The notes: a model not told the origin generated them from the sequence alone. A stretch of DNA of 64,000 nucleotides from Candidatus Hydrothermarchaeota archaeon (GCA_046760505.1 JBHIEG010000001.1:32001-96000), one strand, 5' to 3'; positions 40,023 to 51,179 are shown, numbered from the stretch's first letter. A program made the numbers and translations.

Positions 40023-40631
40023 ATGGGTCGTAAAATAAAAATCCTACTCATTTTGTTATTCTTATTAGGTATGTTATCCTTGATCATTTTCCCAAAAAGA
40101 TCAAAGCAATATGAGGCGGAGTTGATAAGAGGAGGGGGTGAAAATGCTGAAGTAATTACCATTGGAGTTATATCTGATACTCATATACCTAAGAGAGCTC
40201 AAAAACTCCCGCGAGAGATCTACGAAATATTTGAAAACACTAGCATGATAATTCATGCGGGAGATATGGTAGATACGAGGGTAATAAATGAGTTGGAGAA
40301 AATTTCTCGGGTTATAGCGGTTTATGGGAACATGGATCCTCCTCAAATAAGAGAAAAATTCCCAAAAATTAACTCAATCGAGATTTATGGCTGGAAAATT
40401 GGTGTAACACATAATTCAATAATAAGGAGTGGTGAAATGAAAGAGATAGCGATGAAAAACGACTTCGATGTCCTGATTTTCGGACACACTCACAGGGCAT
40501 CTATCGTGAAAGAAAACGGGAGGATTTACCTAAATCCGGGCAGTCCAACAAACCCCTTACTGGCTAAACCTAGTGTTGCGGTATTAAAAGTGAGTAGAAA
40601 TAAAATAACTGCTAGAATAGTTGAGATTTAA
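40023..40631 (+). CDS. YfcE/Vps29-like metallophosphoesterase with N-terminal membrane anchor
   Basis: ISDTH, HAGD, GNMD, GHTH, NPGSPT. Confidence 0.88.
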   Translation: MGRKIKILLILLFLLGMLSLIIFPKRSKQYEAELIRGGGENAEVITIGVISDTHIPKRAQKLPREIYEIFENTSMIIHAGDMVDTRVINELEKISRVIAVYGNMDPPQIREKFPKINSIEIYGWKIGVTHNSIIRSGEMKEIAMKNDFDVLIFGHTHRASIVKENGRIYLNPGSPTNPLLAKPSVAVLKVSRNKITARIVEI

Positions 40632-41612
40632 ATGTTTGCTTTCAAAGCGCTTGCAAATATTATAAAAAGCAGGTATTCTCCTGTTCCTTTGGTTATATGT
40701 CACAACATAACTTATAAATGTAATTTAAGATGCAAATTCTGTCGTTTTTGGAGAATAAAACCTCAACAAAAAGAACTAACCTTTGAAGAAATTCAACGAA
40801 TCATCGATGAATCCAGGGAATTAGGCGCAATAATGTATAATGTATGGGGTACAGAGCCTCTTATGAGAGAAGATCTGCTAAATTGTTTAAGCTATGCAAA
40901 AGAAAAGGGCTTAAGAACTTGTCTCATAACAAACGGCATACTCCTCGAAAATAGGGTTAAAGAACTCTCTAAGTTGATAGATTATTTGATCGTATCTGTA
41001 GACGGACTGGATGATACATACGAGAAGATAAGAGGTATTAACTTTAGAACAATACTAAGGGCTCTTGAAAAGGTAAAAGAGTATAAAATTAAAACTACGT
41101 TGAACTACGTTATATGCGGTCTAAATCTAGGAGGAATACGAAAAACCATATCTTTCGCAAACGATATGGGCTTTTACATAAGTTTTGAACCAGTTCATTA
41201 TTTTCCCGAAATAGAGGAAGACTGGGAAGAAATAAAAATAAAGGACCAAGACTCTTATATTAAGGCGATAGAGACAATCATCGAGATGAAGAAGGAAGGA
41301 TACAAGATTGCAAATTCTTTTAAGTACTTGTCCCTGTTGAAAGAAAATAGAAGAGACTTCAGATGTAGTGTGGGAAACTTTCTCTTGCATATAGAGCCAG
41401 ATGGCTCTGTTTACATTCCATGCGGTAAATGGGGCAAGATTGGCTCTGCAAGAGAGAACTCGCTAAGGAATATATGGTTCTCTAGTGAGGCGAAAAAAAG
41501 GAGAAATCATGCCAAAGATTGTAGAGATTGTCTTTTCTCGGGTTATATTGAGTCTTCCCTCCTATATTCTTTTAATTTAAGTGCACTGAAAAATTTTTTC
41601 ATGAATATATAG
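40632..41612 (+). CDS. Radical SAM protein with SPASM/twitch domain
   Basis: CNLRCKFC, EPLMRED, ITNG, VSVDG, C..G...IEPDG...PC, CRDC. Confidence 0.88.
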   Translation: MFAFKALANIIKSRYSPVPLVICHNITYKCNLRCKFCRFWRIKPQQKELTFEEIQRIIDESRELGAIMYNVWGTEPLMREDLLNCLSYAKEKGLRTCLITNGILLENRVKELSKLIDYLIVSVDGLDDTYEKIRGINFRTILRALEKVKEYKIKTTLNYVICGLNLGGIRKTISFANDMGFYISFEPVHYFPEIEEDWEEIKIKDQDSYIKAIETIIEMKKEGYKIANSFKYLSLLKENRRDFRCSVGNFLLHIEPDGSVYIPCGKWGKIGSARENSLRNIWFSSEAKKRRNHAKDCRDCLFSGYIESSLLYSFNLSALKNFFMNI

Positions 41613-41632
41613 AAGAGCAAAAAGGGATATTT

Positions 41633-42355
41633 TTAAATTAATCTCGAAATCTCTATTCCGTAGTCCGTAATTTCAAAAAGAAACCAGTATGTGAGTGGTT
41701 TTTTCCCAATCATTGACTTTATCCTCAGTTGTCTTTCAAGCCTTTCTTTTTCCACATATCTTACCTCGACCAAGGAGTCCATTATAGATTCTATTTGTGC
41801 GACTGTTTGTGGATCTAGAGCTTTTTCATGCAGGATATAGAAATTTATTCCATTGAGCCTTTTTAATTTTGCTTTAAATTTCATAATGTGTCTCAGGAGT
41901 TCTTTTGTTTCTACATAATACAAAAGAGTGGTTAAATCATCCACCAGAACCAAGAAGTGGTGACCCTTTACTCTATCGAGTACCTCATCCATTACCTTTG
42001 AAACTCTGATCAAATTCGTTGGATCGTCTATTACGTATTCAGCATCGCTTTTTTGGATTTCTTCTCTTCCTATGAGTCCTGAATAACCATCCACTATTAT
42101 AAAAGATCCTTCCTCCTCAAATTTTGTGGTATCCCATCCAAAATATCCCATCTTACTCCTTACATCACCGGGAGAATTCCTCAGGGTAAAATATATACCA
42201 TACTCTCCTCTTATCAAGGCGTTGTACAAAATCTGCCTGCACAATATACCTTTTCCAACTCCAACATCTCCAAAAACTAGGACGTATTGGCTTCTCGGAA
42301 ACCCGCCGAAAATTCGATCGTCAATCTCCTTTATCCCTGTAACCAATAAATCCAT
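41633..42355 (-). CDS. KaiC-like/RAD55 RecA-superfamily ATPase
   Basis: TGIKEID...GGFP, GDVGVGKG, IIVDGYS, VDDL, RQLRIKSM, FEITDYGI. Confidence 0.85.
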   Translation of the reverse strand: MDLLVTGIKEIDDRIFGGFPRSQYVLVFGDVGVGKGILCRQILYNALIRGEYGIYFTLRNSPGDVRSKMGYFGWDTTKFEEEGSFIIVDGYSGLIGREEIQKSDAEYVIDDPTNLIRVSKVMDEVLDRVKGHHFLVLVDDLTTLLYYVETKELLRHIMKFKAKLKRLNGINFYILHEKALDPQTVAQIESIMDSLVEVRYVEKERLERQLRIKSMIGKKPLTYWFLFEITDYGIEISRLI

Positions 42356-42411
42356 ATATATTAATGAATCGAAACATGATAAAAACATTTTGTAATCAAT
42401 ATTGTAGTAAA

Positions 42412-44256
42412 CTAAAGAAGAGTTCTAAGTCTCCTCTGGCTATTTATGATGTCTAGGAAAGCTCCTATGTCACCGATCTTTAATGCATAACTGGCTTTCT
42501 TAAGAGCACTTGAAATCTCTCGTAATCTCTTTTGATCTGCATGCATTACCTCTTTACTCAAAATTTCTAGGGAATATGCAGTATCCCCAATTATTTTTCT
42601 TATCTTTGGATCCTTTGCTTGCATAGAAATTCTTTCAAGTTGTTTTGAAATATGAAATAGCGACTCAGAAGCTTTCTCCCTATCTTTGAGTAAAAGATCA
42701 GAGATTTCTTCGAATTGATCAGACAATTTCGCTAAAACAAAGAAGAACTGTGGAGGCTTTTGGATGAGGTTCTTTAAATCTTCGGTTCGAACCACAATGT
42801 ATTCTCCAAATCTGGCAAGGACGTACTCTCTTGGTACGTTTTTTCTCTCCAGTATTGCGTATCTAATGTTAGCGTTTTTAGATTGGGTTATTATCCATGG
42901 CTGTAGTACTTCACGCCACGCTCCGTTGTCGGTTCTTCTATCCGTGAAGAGAGATATTGCACATGCTGTAAATCCATTTTCTACGTGGAGTATTTCATTT
43001 TGGTATGTGTTTTCCATGATCCAATTGTATAATTCCAATGAATCTCTGGAAATAGCCCTGTCTTGACGTAAAATCTGCTTATCAGATAGAGCAAGAATTT
43101 CCAAGTGTAAGGGCGTGGGCACCTTTCTTATTTTCATAAGATAATTCTTTCCTTCAAAAAATTCCCTCCCCCTAGGTATTCCTCCTACTTCTTGTATAAG
43201 TTGTCTTGGCAAGTTTTCCTTCATTTGTTTAAACTCTTTTGCAGAAAGCGTTTCCTCAGGAAAAGGTCTTATAGTAATGCTCGGAGAAAATGTGAGTGAA
43301 AGTATTATCAATAAACATAAGACCAAATGAAAGCCGTATTTTCCAAAATCATTTGCCAAGTTTCTCGCGCCTACAGCACATGGTATAGTTATTGCCGAAG
43401 GAAAATGGATCCAGAATCTCCATGAATAAGTATACGCAGTTGGAATCAACCCGATTACACTTGCTATCAACAAAACATCCACATCTCTTCTTGACTTAAA
43501 TAGAGAGTAAATTCCGATTATACCAAACAAAGCTATGATCAGATCCAAATTTATGTCTCTAAGAGCATGGATCCTTCCATGTATCCAGTTGAAATTTGAA
43601 ATTACATGAAGTCCCCAAGGCAAAAATAGGAAGAGAGATATTGAGAGTACCTTGAAAAACCTCTTTAAATATTCTCTTTTTATCAAACTGAATATCAACA
43701 AGCCAAGTATGGCTGTCCAAGGAGCGGCCAAATGCGTCCATAAGGAAATCGTCAGCAACAATATTGCGATCCTTTCACTTTTTATAAATGACCAAAATAT
43801 CAGGGGATATATCCCAAAGATCAGAGATGTCGGTGCTATGGATAGTTGCCACCAAAAATAGTTTTCAGGCATACTTAAAAATAAAACACTTAGTAAGGCT
43901 ATTTTATCATCAAAAAAATCCTTGGAAACAAACCATATAATAAAAAAAGAAGTGATATACATAATGATTCCATAAAGTCTTTGTATCGTCAGAAATTCTA
44001 AACCAAGTAAATGTGAGGATGCAAATATGGTGTGTAAAAGAGGAGGATATAAATGGGGTCTTCCAACCGGTGCAAACTCATAGTAGTCCCACAGAAGGGA
44101 TTGGTGATCTGTAAACATTCTTGCAACCATCTGGTGATAAGTCCAGTCTTTTTGATCGTTTGGTAGTGCATCAAAATTTAATACAAGCAAAATAAGATGG
44201 ATGAGTATAATAGAAAAAGCAATCACCTCGTACTTAGAGAGATTTCTTGAGCCCAT
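42412..44256 (-). CDS. Polytopic membrane protein, GT-C (PMT-like) glycosyltransferase candidate
   Basis: D.TYH, GRPHLYPPLLH loop, many TM helices, soluble C-terminal domain. Confidence 0.6.
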   Translation of the reverse strand: MGSRNLSKYEVIAFSIILIHLILLVLNFDALPNDQKDWTYHQMVARMFTDHQSLLWDYYEFAPVGRPHLYPPLLHTIFASSHLLGLEFLTIQRLYGIIMYITSFFIIWFVSKDFFDDKIALLSVLFLSMPENYFWWQLSIAPTSLIFGIYPLIFWSFIKSERIAILLLTISLWTHLAAPWTAILGLLIFSLIKREYLKRFFKVLSISLFLFLPWGLHVISNFNWIHGRIHALRDINLDLIIALFGIIGIYSLFKSRRDVDVLLIASVIGLIPTAYTYSWRFWIHFPSAITIPCAVGARNLANDFGKYGFHLVLCLLIILSLTFSPSITIRPFPEETLSAKEFKQMKENLPRQLIQEVGGIPRGREFFEGKNYLMKIRKVPTPLHLEILALSDKQILRQDRAISRDSLELYNWIMENTYQNEILHVENGFTACAISLFTDRRTDNGAWREVLQPWIITQSKNANIRYAILERKNVPREYVLARFGEYIVVRTEDLKNLIQKPPQFFFVLAKLSDQFEEISDLLLKDREKASESLFHISKQLERISMQAKDPKIRKIIGDTAYSLEILSKEVMHADQKRLREISSALKKASYALKIGDIGAFLDIINSQRRLRTLL

Positions 44257-44344
44257 GATGAAGAAGTATATCTCGCAAAATTATAGTTTTTGTTGAATAA
44301 AGGAAGCATAAAAAAACTTATATTTTGGACAGAATACTGAGGTT

Positions 44345-45682
44345 ATGCGAATTATAATTGGCGGGGCCGGGGAAACAGGGAGAAATCTTGCAATAGCATT
44401 TGTAGAAGAAGGCAACGATGTAATTATCATCGAAAAAGATAGAGAAGTCTGCGATAAAATAAAAGAAGAAATTGATGCACTTGTTATTGAGGGAAACTGC
44501 GCCAGTTATAAGATCTTTGAGTCAGGAAACCTTGAAGGATCTGATCTTTTTATTGCCACGACCGACAATGATGAGGTAAACATACTTGCATGTATGGTCT
44601 CAAAACATTTCGATGTAAAAAAGACGATTTGCAGAATCAGTAACTTTGAGTACCTTGATAAGCCTATGAGTTCTGCTCCAAAATTCAAGCGATTAGGCAT
44701 AGATTTAGCGATGTCTCCTGAGTTGATAGCTTCAGAGAAGATTGCAAGAATTTTAGAGCACAGATACGCAATAGACTGTGAGTATTTTTCTGAGGAAGAT
44801 ATAAAGATGATTGAATTTCCTATTTTAAATCCAGATATCCATGATCACTCTTTAGAAGAGAGAATTTTCCCAAAAGAGAGCATTATAGTTGGAATAAGCA
44901 GAGGGGATCAGTTAATAATCCCCAGAGGAAAAGACAAACTTTTCCTAAATGATAAGATAGTTATCTTGGCGAAATCTGAAGTGGGTCCTCTCCTAGAATC
45001 TATATGCTGTGGAACTACTGGTTTAAAGCCGATAAGCAAGGTGATGGTAGTCGGAGCTGGGACAATAGGATTTTATCTGGCGAAATTGCTGAGTGAAAGG
45101 GGAATAAAAACCATACTGGTCGAAAAAAATAAAAAAACAGCCGAAAAAATGGCTAAAGAGTTGCCAAAGGTGCTGGTGCTTTTTGCAGACGGTAAGAACA
45201 TAGAAGTGCTGAAATCCGAGAAAGGAATTGATGCCTACGTGGCATGCACAGGAAGCGACGAGACAAACCTCTTAGGATGCATATTGGCCAAAAGATTAGG
45301 AATTCCAAAGAGCATTGCCTTGGTACACAATCCAAGTCACCAACTTCACTTTGAAATGGGCGGAATTGATTCAGTAATATGTCCTAGGCTAGAAATTGTA
45401 AGTGAAGTTTTAAGGTTTACCAGAGAGACAGAAATACTGTCTTTAAGCTTTCTCACCGGTAAGAGAGCAGAAATAGTTGAATACATGGTCTCCGAGAATA
45501 AGAAAATTGTTGGTAAAAGATTAAAAGATATAAAAATGCCAAAAGACTCCATTGTGGGAATGATCATTAGGGGAAATAAAACCATTATACCCAGCGGGAA
45601 TGAAGTAATTCAGGCTAGAGATAAGGTGATCGTTTTCACCCTTACTAAGTGCATCGATGATGTTGAGAATATATTTAAGTGA
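44345..45682 (+). CDS. trkA: Trk potassium transport NAD-binding subunit
   Basis: Two RCK-N (GAGETG, GAGTIG) and two RCK-C domains. Confidence 0.93.
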   Translation: MRIIIGGAGETGRNLAIAFVEEGNDVIIIEKDREVCDKIKEEIDALVIEGNCASYKIFESGNLEGSDLFIATTDNDEVNILACMVSKHFDVKKTICRISNFEYLDKPMSSAPKFKRLGIDLAMSPELIASEKIARILEHRYAIDCEYFSEEDIKMIEFPILNPDIHDHSLEERIFPKESIIVGISRGDQLIIPRGKDKLFLNDKIVILAKSEVGPLLESICCGTTGLKPISKVMVVGAGTIGFYLAKLLSERGIKTILVEKNKKTAEKMAKELPKVLVLFADGKNIEVLKSEKGIDAYVACTGSDETNLLGCILAKRLGIPKSIALVHNPSHQLHFEMGGIDSVICPRLEIVSEVLRFTRETEILSLSFLTGKRAEIVEYMVSENKKIVGKRLKDIKMPKDSIVGMIIRGNKTIIPSGNEVIQARDKVIVFTLTKCIDDVENIFK

Positions 45683-45688
45683 TTTTTC

Positions 45689-47134
45689 ATGTCTTTCAGG
45701 GAAGTCATCAGATCCTTAGGTACAATTACAAAGTTTTATGGGGCTTTATTTGTTCTTCCAACCCTTGTTGCATTAATATACGGAGAGTATAATCCTGCTA
45801 TCGTATTCGTTTCCGTTGGAATTTTTGCATTTTTGATGGGGAAAATTCTTGAGACGGTAGGTCCCGAGCTTGAAGAGATTCATATAAGAGAGGGTTTCAT
45901 GATCGTTGCCTTAAGCTGGCTTGTTGCAGCATTACTTGGTTCATTTCCCTTCTACTTTACCCATGTAATGCCTAATTTTTACGATGCTTTTTTTGAGGCG
46001 ATGTCAGGCATCACGACTACTGGTGCCACGGTTGTTACCGACATGGATGGAATACCGAGAAGCATACTTTTCTGGAGAGGATTAATCCAGTGGATCGGCG
46101 GTATGGGGATTATTGTCCTATCAATCGCTGTTTTGCCTGAATTAACGATAGTAGGGAGGCATCTCTTTAGAGCAGAAGTGCCTGGAGTGGCTACAGAGAA
46201 AATAGTGCCCAGAATTAGAAATACCGCCATAATTTTATGGTCCGTGTATGCATTCTTCTCCATTGGGGAAGTACTTCTCTTAAAAATTGCAGGGATGTCG
46301 ATTTACGATGCTATTTGCCATACATTTACCACAATGGCTACTGGCGGCTTTTCCACAAAACTGCAGAGCATAGGGTACTACAATTCTCCAACGATCGAGT
46401 TTATAATATGTACCTTTATGTTTATTGCAGGCACGAACTTTGCATTACACTACCACGGAATTAGAGGCAACTTTAGAGCGTACCTGAGGGATTCAGAATT
46501 TAGATTCTACTTGGCGATTATTATCATATCAGTGTCTTTAGTCTCGCTGAATTTATATCTCAACCATATATACAATCCCTCTACAGCGTTTAGGTACTCC
46601 CTCTTCCAAGTGATGTCTATTCTCACGACAACAGGATACACCACCGCGGACTTCAACAACTGGACGGATTTTTCCAAAATGATCCTCCTTCTTCTTATGT
46701 TCATTGGAGGTTGCGCTGGCTCTACCGGAGGATCAATCAAAAACATAAGGATATTTTTATTGTTAAAACTCATTCATCGGGAAGTACGAAAACTAGTGCA
46801 TCCAAGCGCGGTTCTTCCATTAAGAATAGGTGATGATGTCATTTCAGATGAAGTTATCATAAACGTAGGAGCCTTCTTCTTTCTCTATATGATAATATTC
46901 ATCATCTCAACTCTTTTTGTTGCCTCTCACGGATACGACATTGTTACATCTATATCTGCTGTAGCAGCCACACAAGGGAATGTTGGTCCTGGGTTGGGGC
47001 TTGTTGGCCCCTCATTTAATTACGCTTTTTTCTCTCCCCAAGTAAAACTTCTATTGGCAACTTGTATGTGGATTGGTCGTTTAGAACTTTTTACGGTTAT
47101 ATTGCTTCTTTTCCCTAGCACATGGAGAGCCTGA
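45689..47134 (+). CDS. trkH: Trk potassium uptake membrane subunit
   Basis: FEAMSGITTTGAT, QWIGGMG, MATGGFS, TTTGY, GGCAGSTGG, GNVGPG, MWIGRLE. Confidence 0.95.
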   Translation: MSFREVIRSLGTITKFYGALFVLPTLVALIYGEYNPAIVFVSVGIFAFLMGKILETVGPELEEIHIREGFMIVALSWLVAALLGSFPFYFTHVMPNFYDAFFEAMSGITTTGATVVTDMDGIPRSILFWRGLIQWIGGMGIIVLSIAVLPELTIVGRHLFRAEVPGVATEKIVPRIRNTAIILWSVYAFFSIGEVLLLKIAGMSIYDAICHTFTTMATGGFSTKLQSIGYYNSPTIEFIICTFMFIAGTNFALHYHGIRGNFRAYLRDSEFRFYLAIIIISVSLVSLNLYLNHIYNPSTAFRYSLFQVMSILTTTGYTTADFNNWTDFSKMILLLLMFIGGCAGSTGGSIKNIRIFLLLKLIHREVRKLVHPSAVLPLRIGDDVISDEVIINVGAFFFLYMIIFIISTLFVASHGYDIVTSISAVAATQGNVGPGLGLVGPSFNYAFFSPQVKLLLATCMWIGRLELFTVILLLFPSTWRA

Positions 47135-47144
47135 AGCTTAAAAA

Positions 47145-48311
47145 TTACCTTAACTTGTGAAGAAACGATTCCATCCTAGATATTGCTTCATTTATTGCTT
47201 CTCTTGAAGCAGCATAAGCACATCTCACGAATCCTTCGCCTGCACTCCCAAATGCATCTCCCGGTACCACTGCAACCTTTTTCTCCTTGAGCAGTCTTTC
47301 TGCAAATTCTTTAGATGTGAGTCCTGATATGTCAATTGATGGAAAAGCGTAGAATGCCCCTTTTGGCTCAAATGTGTATAGCCCTATTTTGTTCAACCCT
47401 TTTACTATTAATCTTCTTCTTCTGTTGTATTCCTTTACCATTGCCTTCATCTCTTTCTCACCGTTCTGAATTGCCTCTATTGCCGCGAATTGACCAGTTA
47501 TGGGGGCACATAGCATGCTATACTGATGAATTTTCATCATAGCCTCTATAATCTCAGGAGTAGATGCTGCATATCCTATTCGAAGACCAGTCATAGCATA
47601 TGCCTTAGAGAATCCGTTTAACAATATTGTATTCTCTTCCATACCATTTAAAGAAGAAAAGCAGGTGTGTTTTCCTTCGTATGTGAGTTTATCATAAACT
47701 TCGTCTGATATTACGATCAAATTGTGTTCGTTTACAACATCCGCGATTTCTTCTAGGTCTTTTTTACCCATCGTGGCTCCTGTAGGATTATTGGGATAGC
47801 CAATTACTATTGCCTTTGTTTTGTCTGTTATTTTTTCTTCAATCTGTTCAGCAGTTACCTTGAACTCATTTGAAAGAAATGTAGGCACTTCTACAGGTTT
47901 TCCACCAGCAAAGATTATGCAAGGTTTGTACATTACATAGCAAGGCTCAGGTACGATTACCTCATCTCCAACATCAACTATCGCCCTCACTGCTAAATCG
48001 TATCCCTCGCTCACCCCAGTGGTGATCAGCAGCTGATCTGAGGGGTCGTAGTAAACAGAATAGTCAGAATAAAGTTGCTGAGAAATCGCCTCCCTCAATT
48101 CAAGCAACCCATAGTTAGATGTATAGGTTGTATATCCCTTCTCTAGAGAGTAGATAGCTGCTTCCCTTATGTGCCAAGGAGTAACAAAGTCAGGCTCCCC
48201 TACACCTAGGGAAACAACATCTTCCATGCCGATGACCATCTCAAAAAATTCACGAATACCAGAGGGTGGTACTTTTTTTATTCTATCAGCTATCTTGGAT
48301 TTATCCCTCAT
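47145..48311 (-). CDS. PLP-dependent aminotransferase class I/II (AlaT/YugH-like)
   Basis: SGIREFF, LGVGEPDF, PNNPTG, DEVY, GFSKAYAMTGLRIGY. Confidence 0.92.
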   Translation of the reverse strand: MRDKSKIADRIKKVPPSGIREFFEMVIGMEDVVSLGVGEPDFVTPWHIREAAIYSLEKGYTTYTSNYGLLELREAISQQLYSDYSVYYDPSDQLLITTGVSEGYDLAVRAIVDVGDEVIVPEPCYVMYKPCIIFAGGKPVEVPTFLSNEFKVTAEQIEEKITDKTKAIVIGYPNNPTGATMGKKDLEEIADVVNEHNLIVISDEVYDKLTYEGKHTCFSSLNGMEENTILLNGFSKAYAMTGLRIGYAASTPEIIEAMMKIHQYSMLCAPITGQFAAIEAIQNGEKEMKAMVKEYNRRRRLIVKGLNKIGLYTFEPKGAFYAFPSIDISGLTSKEFAERLLKEKKVAVVPGDAFGSAGEGFVRCAYAASREAINEAISRMESFLHKLR

Positions 48312-48799
48312 GGAGTTATCGCCAACCTCTTGTTATCCTCTTTTACGTAAATGATGTCTCCATCTTCCTTGTATTTTTTCAAGAGGAAGTGCGTGAATGT
48401 GCCTCCCACTTGTTCTAAGGGGGCTAATTTTTCAGCCACAAAAAAAGCCACATCTTTCATGCTCTTTCCTTCCACAAGTACCGTGAGGTCGTATTCACCT
48501 GAAACCAAATATATCGTTCTCACTTCTGGAAAGTTTGCTATTCTCTCCGCAGGATGATCATACCCGGTTCCTCTCGCAGGGGTAATCTTAACGTCTATTA
48601 AGGCGTAAACTTTTTCTTCTCCAACCTTTTCCCAATCAACTACAGCCTTATATCTCCTTATTATGCCCTCTTTTTCCAGTCTGTATATCCTCTTTTCGAC
48701 TTCTTCTTCCGATAAGTTTAGCATTGTGGCAATCTCACTTCTGCTCGTCTTTGCATCGCGCTCTAATATATACAGAATCTCTTTTGTTTTCTCATCCAT
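48308..48799 (-). CDS. Lrp/AsnC regulator (YugG/AlaR-like) coupled to the aminotransferase
   Basis: HTH, VDWEK, VSGEYDL, FVAEKLA, THFLLKKYK; ATGA overlap with the next gene. Confidence 0.9.
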   Translation of the reverse strand: MDEKTKEILYILERDAKTSRSEIATMLNLSEEEVEKRIYRLEKEGIIRRYKAVVDWEKVGEEKVYALIDVKITPARGTGYDHPAERIANFPEVRTIYLVSGEYDLTVLVEGKSMKDVAFFVAEKLAPLEQVGGTFTHFLLKKYKEDGDIIYVKEDNKRLAITP

Positions 48800-49131
48800 C
48801 GAGATCACCTCTGGTTACCCTTGTAATACATGCCCAACATAATTAAAGTTTACGACATAAACATGATCATCAATGATTTTTAAGTTAGAGTGCTTTACCA
48901 TAATCCCCCATATTGAATAATGGTTTTACACCGATGTGTATACTTTCTAACTAACTTAACCAGATATTAATACACTTTATCATTGCATAAATGTTAAGCA
49001 ATTTGTCACCTAATCCATATCAACCTCTCATTTTTCCATAAAACTTATATACTAAGAGATTGAGAAAGAGTTATTGTGCTCTGTCGTATGAGCTAGTAAA
49101 TATAGGAAAGGTTAGCTGGAGGTGAAAACAT

Positions 49132-49338
49132 ATGGCGGAGTTGCCTATAGCACCAGTCGATAGGATTGTGAGGAAGGCAGGTGCAGAGCGAGTAAGTGAG
49201 GATGCAAAAGAGGCATTGGCTGAACTCCTAGAAGAATATGGAGTTGGAATTGCCCAAGAAGCTGTCAAACTCGCTAAACACGCTGGAAGAAAGACTGTAA
49301 AGGCCATAGATATAAAACTCGCTGTGAAACGCGCTTAA
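49132..49338 (+). CDS. Archaeal histone (HMf-like)
   Basis: [25 protein letters not shown]...[15 protein letters not shown]; GGAGGTGA RBS at 49118 and TTATATA at 49045. Confidence 0.97.
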   Translation: MAELPIAPVDRIVRKAGAERVSEDAKEALAELLEEYGVGIAQEAVKLAKHAGRKTVKAIDIKLAVKRA

Positions 49339-49351
49339 TCCTTCCATTTTC

Positions 49352-50383
49352 TTATTTTTTTATATAACTGCCGATTATTGGAATCTCCTCACCACACTTA
49401 CATTTTTTATCGATGAGATTGTATTCCAAAACCCTGTATCCATATCTTTTTATCAATAGAGAATTACATCTCGGGCAATAAGTATTCTCAAATTTATGTC
49501 CTAAAACATTTCCCAAATAGGGAAAAAGTATCCCTTCTTTTTTTGCAGTTTCATACGCATGGATCAAAGTATCAAGGGATGTGGGAGGGTTTTCAAATTT
49601 ATAGGCCGGAAAATACCTTGTAAAGTGAATGGGGGTATCTGGGCCCAAGTTCTTAAGGTGCTCATCAATAATCCACCTGATACATTCTTCATCATCGTTA
49701 ACGTTAGATATTAGAAGATTAATCATTTCGACATGGATATTCAACTCTTTAGCCCTTCTAGCATTTCTCCAGATTATATTAACATCAACACCTTTGCAAT
49801 ATTTCTTGTATACCTCATCGTTTCCCTTTATGTCTATGTTTATAGCGTTCAATCCGCTATCTTTAAGCATTTTAAGTGCATCTAACGTGAAGTATCCGTT
49901 TGAAACATAAGTATTGTACAATCCAATCTCTTTGGAAAGTTTAAAACACTCTAGATTGAATTCATGTAGTAAGGTTGGCTCGTTTAAACTCACACACAAA
50001 CCATTGTCATTTCTCTTAAAAGCCAGATCAACCACATCTTTGGGGGAGAAATATCTCAAATGGACTTTATCAGGTCTTGTTTTGCTTAGGTGCCAGTTTT
50101 GACACCATGGACAATCGAAGTTACATGATACGGTAGAATAAGTAAGAGAAGTAGAACCCGGCCAAAAATGAAAGAATGGTTTTATCTCTATAGGTCTGCT
50201 TTCCAATGCACTTAATTTTCCGTAAACAGTTGTGTATAATCTTCCTTCAATATTTTTTCTGGTCTTACAGTAGCCTGTCTCTCCAGATGAAATCTTGCAT
50301 CTTCGCTCGCAAAGATTGCAGAGGACTTTTTCTCCCAATTTTTTATACAGCATGGCTTCTCGAACTGGACTCTCCTTCAACAT
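49352..50383 (-). CDS. amrS: AmmeMemoRadiSam system radical SAM enzyme
   Basis: CNLCERRC..G.C, PIEIKPFFHF.PG, CNFDCPWCQNW, NEP, HFTRYFP.YK, YLGNV, TYCPRC. Confidence 0.9.
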   Translation of the reverse strand: MLKESPVREAMLYKKLGEKVLCNLCERRCKISSGETGYCKTRKNIEGRLYTTVYGKLSALESRPIEIKPFFHFWPGSTSLTYSTVSCNFDCPWCQNWHLSKTRPDKVHLRYFSPKDVVDLAFKRNDNGLCVSLNEPTLLHEFNLECFKLSKEIGLYNTYVSNGYFTLDALKMLKDSGLNAINIDIKGNDEVYKKYCKGVDVNIIWRNARRAKELNIHVEMINLLISNVNDDEECIRWIIDEHLKNLGPDTPIHFTRYFPAYKFENPPTSLDTLIHAYETAKKEGILFPYLGNVLGHKFENTYCPRCNSLLIKRYGYRVLEYNLIDKKCKCGEEIPIIGSYIKK

Positions 50384-50483
50384 ATAACCAAGGTACTCAG
50401 TTTACATATTAAAATTTAGATCAAAGTTAAGATAGTTTAGACAGTAATAATAAAATAAAAAAAATTAGAACAGAAGGGTATTC

Positions 50484-51179
50484 ATGTCTATCTGTAAAAA
50501 CAAAAAGAGAAGATACTACAGGTTTAGAGCAGACAGATTTTATGGTGGTATAGCCACTGCTGATTGCATGGGATGCAACCTTGATTGTGCCTTCTGCTGG
50601 AGCTATTATACGAAAGAGAATCCTATGATGGGAAATTTTTATTCTTCAAAAGATGTCGCATTAAGATTAATTAAAATAGCAAAGAATAATGGATTTAGGT
50701 ATGTAAGAATAAGCGGAAACGAGCCTACCTTATGCAGAGATCATCTATTGAATGTGATAAAAACAGTGGAAAGAAAAACAAATCTTACATTTATACTCGA
50801 AACCAATGGAATAGAATTGGGTAAAAACGAAGACTACATAGAAGATCTGAAGGAATTTAAAAATCTGCACGTAAGAGTCTCTTTCAAAGTAGGAAATCCA
50901 AATCACTTTGAAATTATAACAAATAGACCAAAATCATGGTTCAATTACCAATTAAAAGCGATTGAATATTTATATAAGCACAAAGTTTCTTTTCATCCTG
51001 CTATAGTGAAAGAGTACCATGATGAATATCTCATTAAAAGATTGGTTGATGTAGATTCTAATATAGCTAGAAATCTTGAGTTTGAGAGTTTAAAAATAAC
51101 TGCACCAATTAAAAGAAGATTGTTAAGGAGGGGTTTGCTCAAAAACGGATCGATTCCTCTGAACTTGGAGGATTTTTAA
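50484..51179 (+). CDS. Radical SAM protein (short archaeal family)
   Basis: RFYGGIATADCMGCNLDCAFCW, RISGNEPT, FILETNG. Confidence 0.85.
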   Translation: MSICKNKKRRYYRFRADRFYGGIATADCMGCNLDCAFCWSYYTKENPMMGNFYSSKDVALRLIKIAKNNGFRYVRISGNEPTLCRDHLLNVIKTVERKTNLTFILETNGIELGKNEDYIEDLKEFKNLHVRVSFKVGNPNHFEIITNRPKSWFNYQLKAIEYLYKHKVSFHPAIVKEYHDEYLIKRLVDVDSNIARNLEFESLKITAPIKRRLLRRGLLKNGSIPLNLEDF

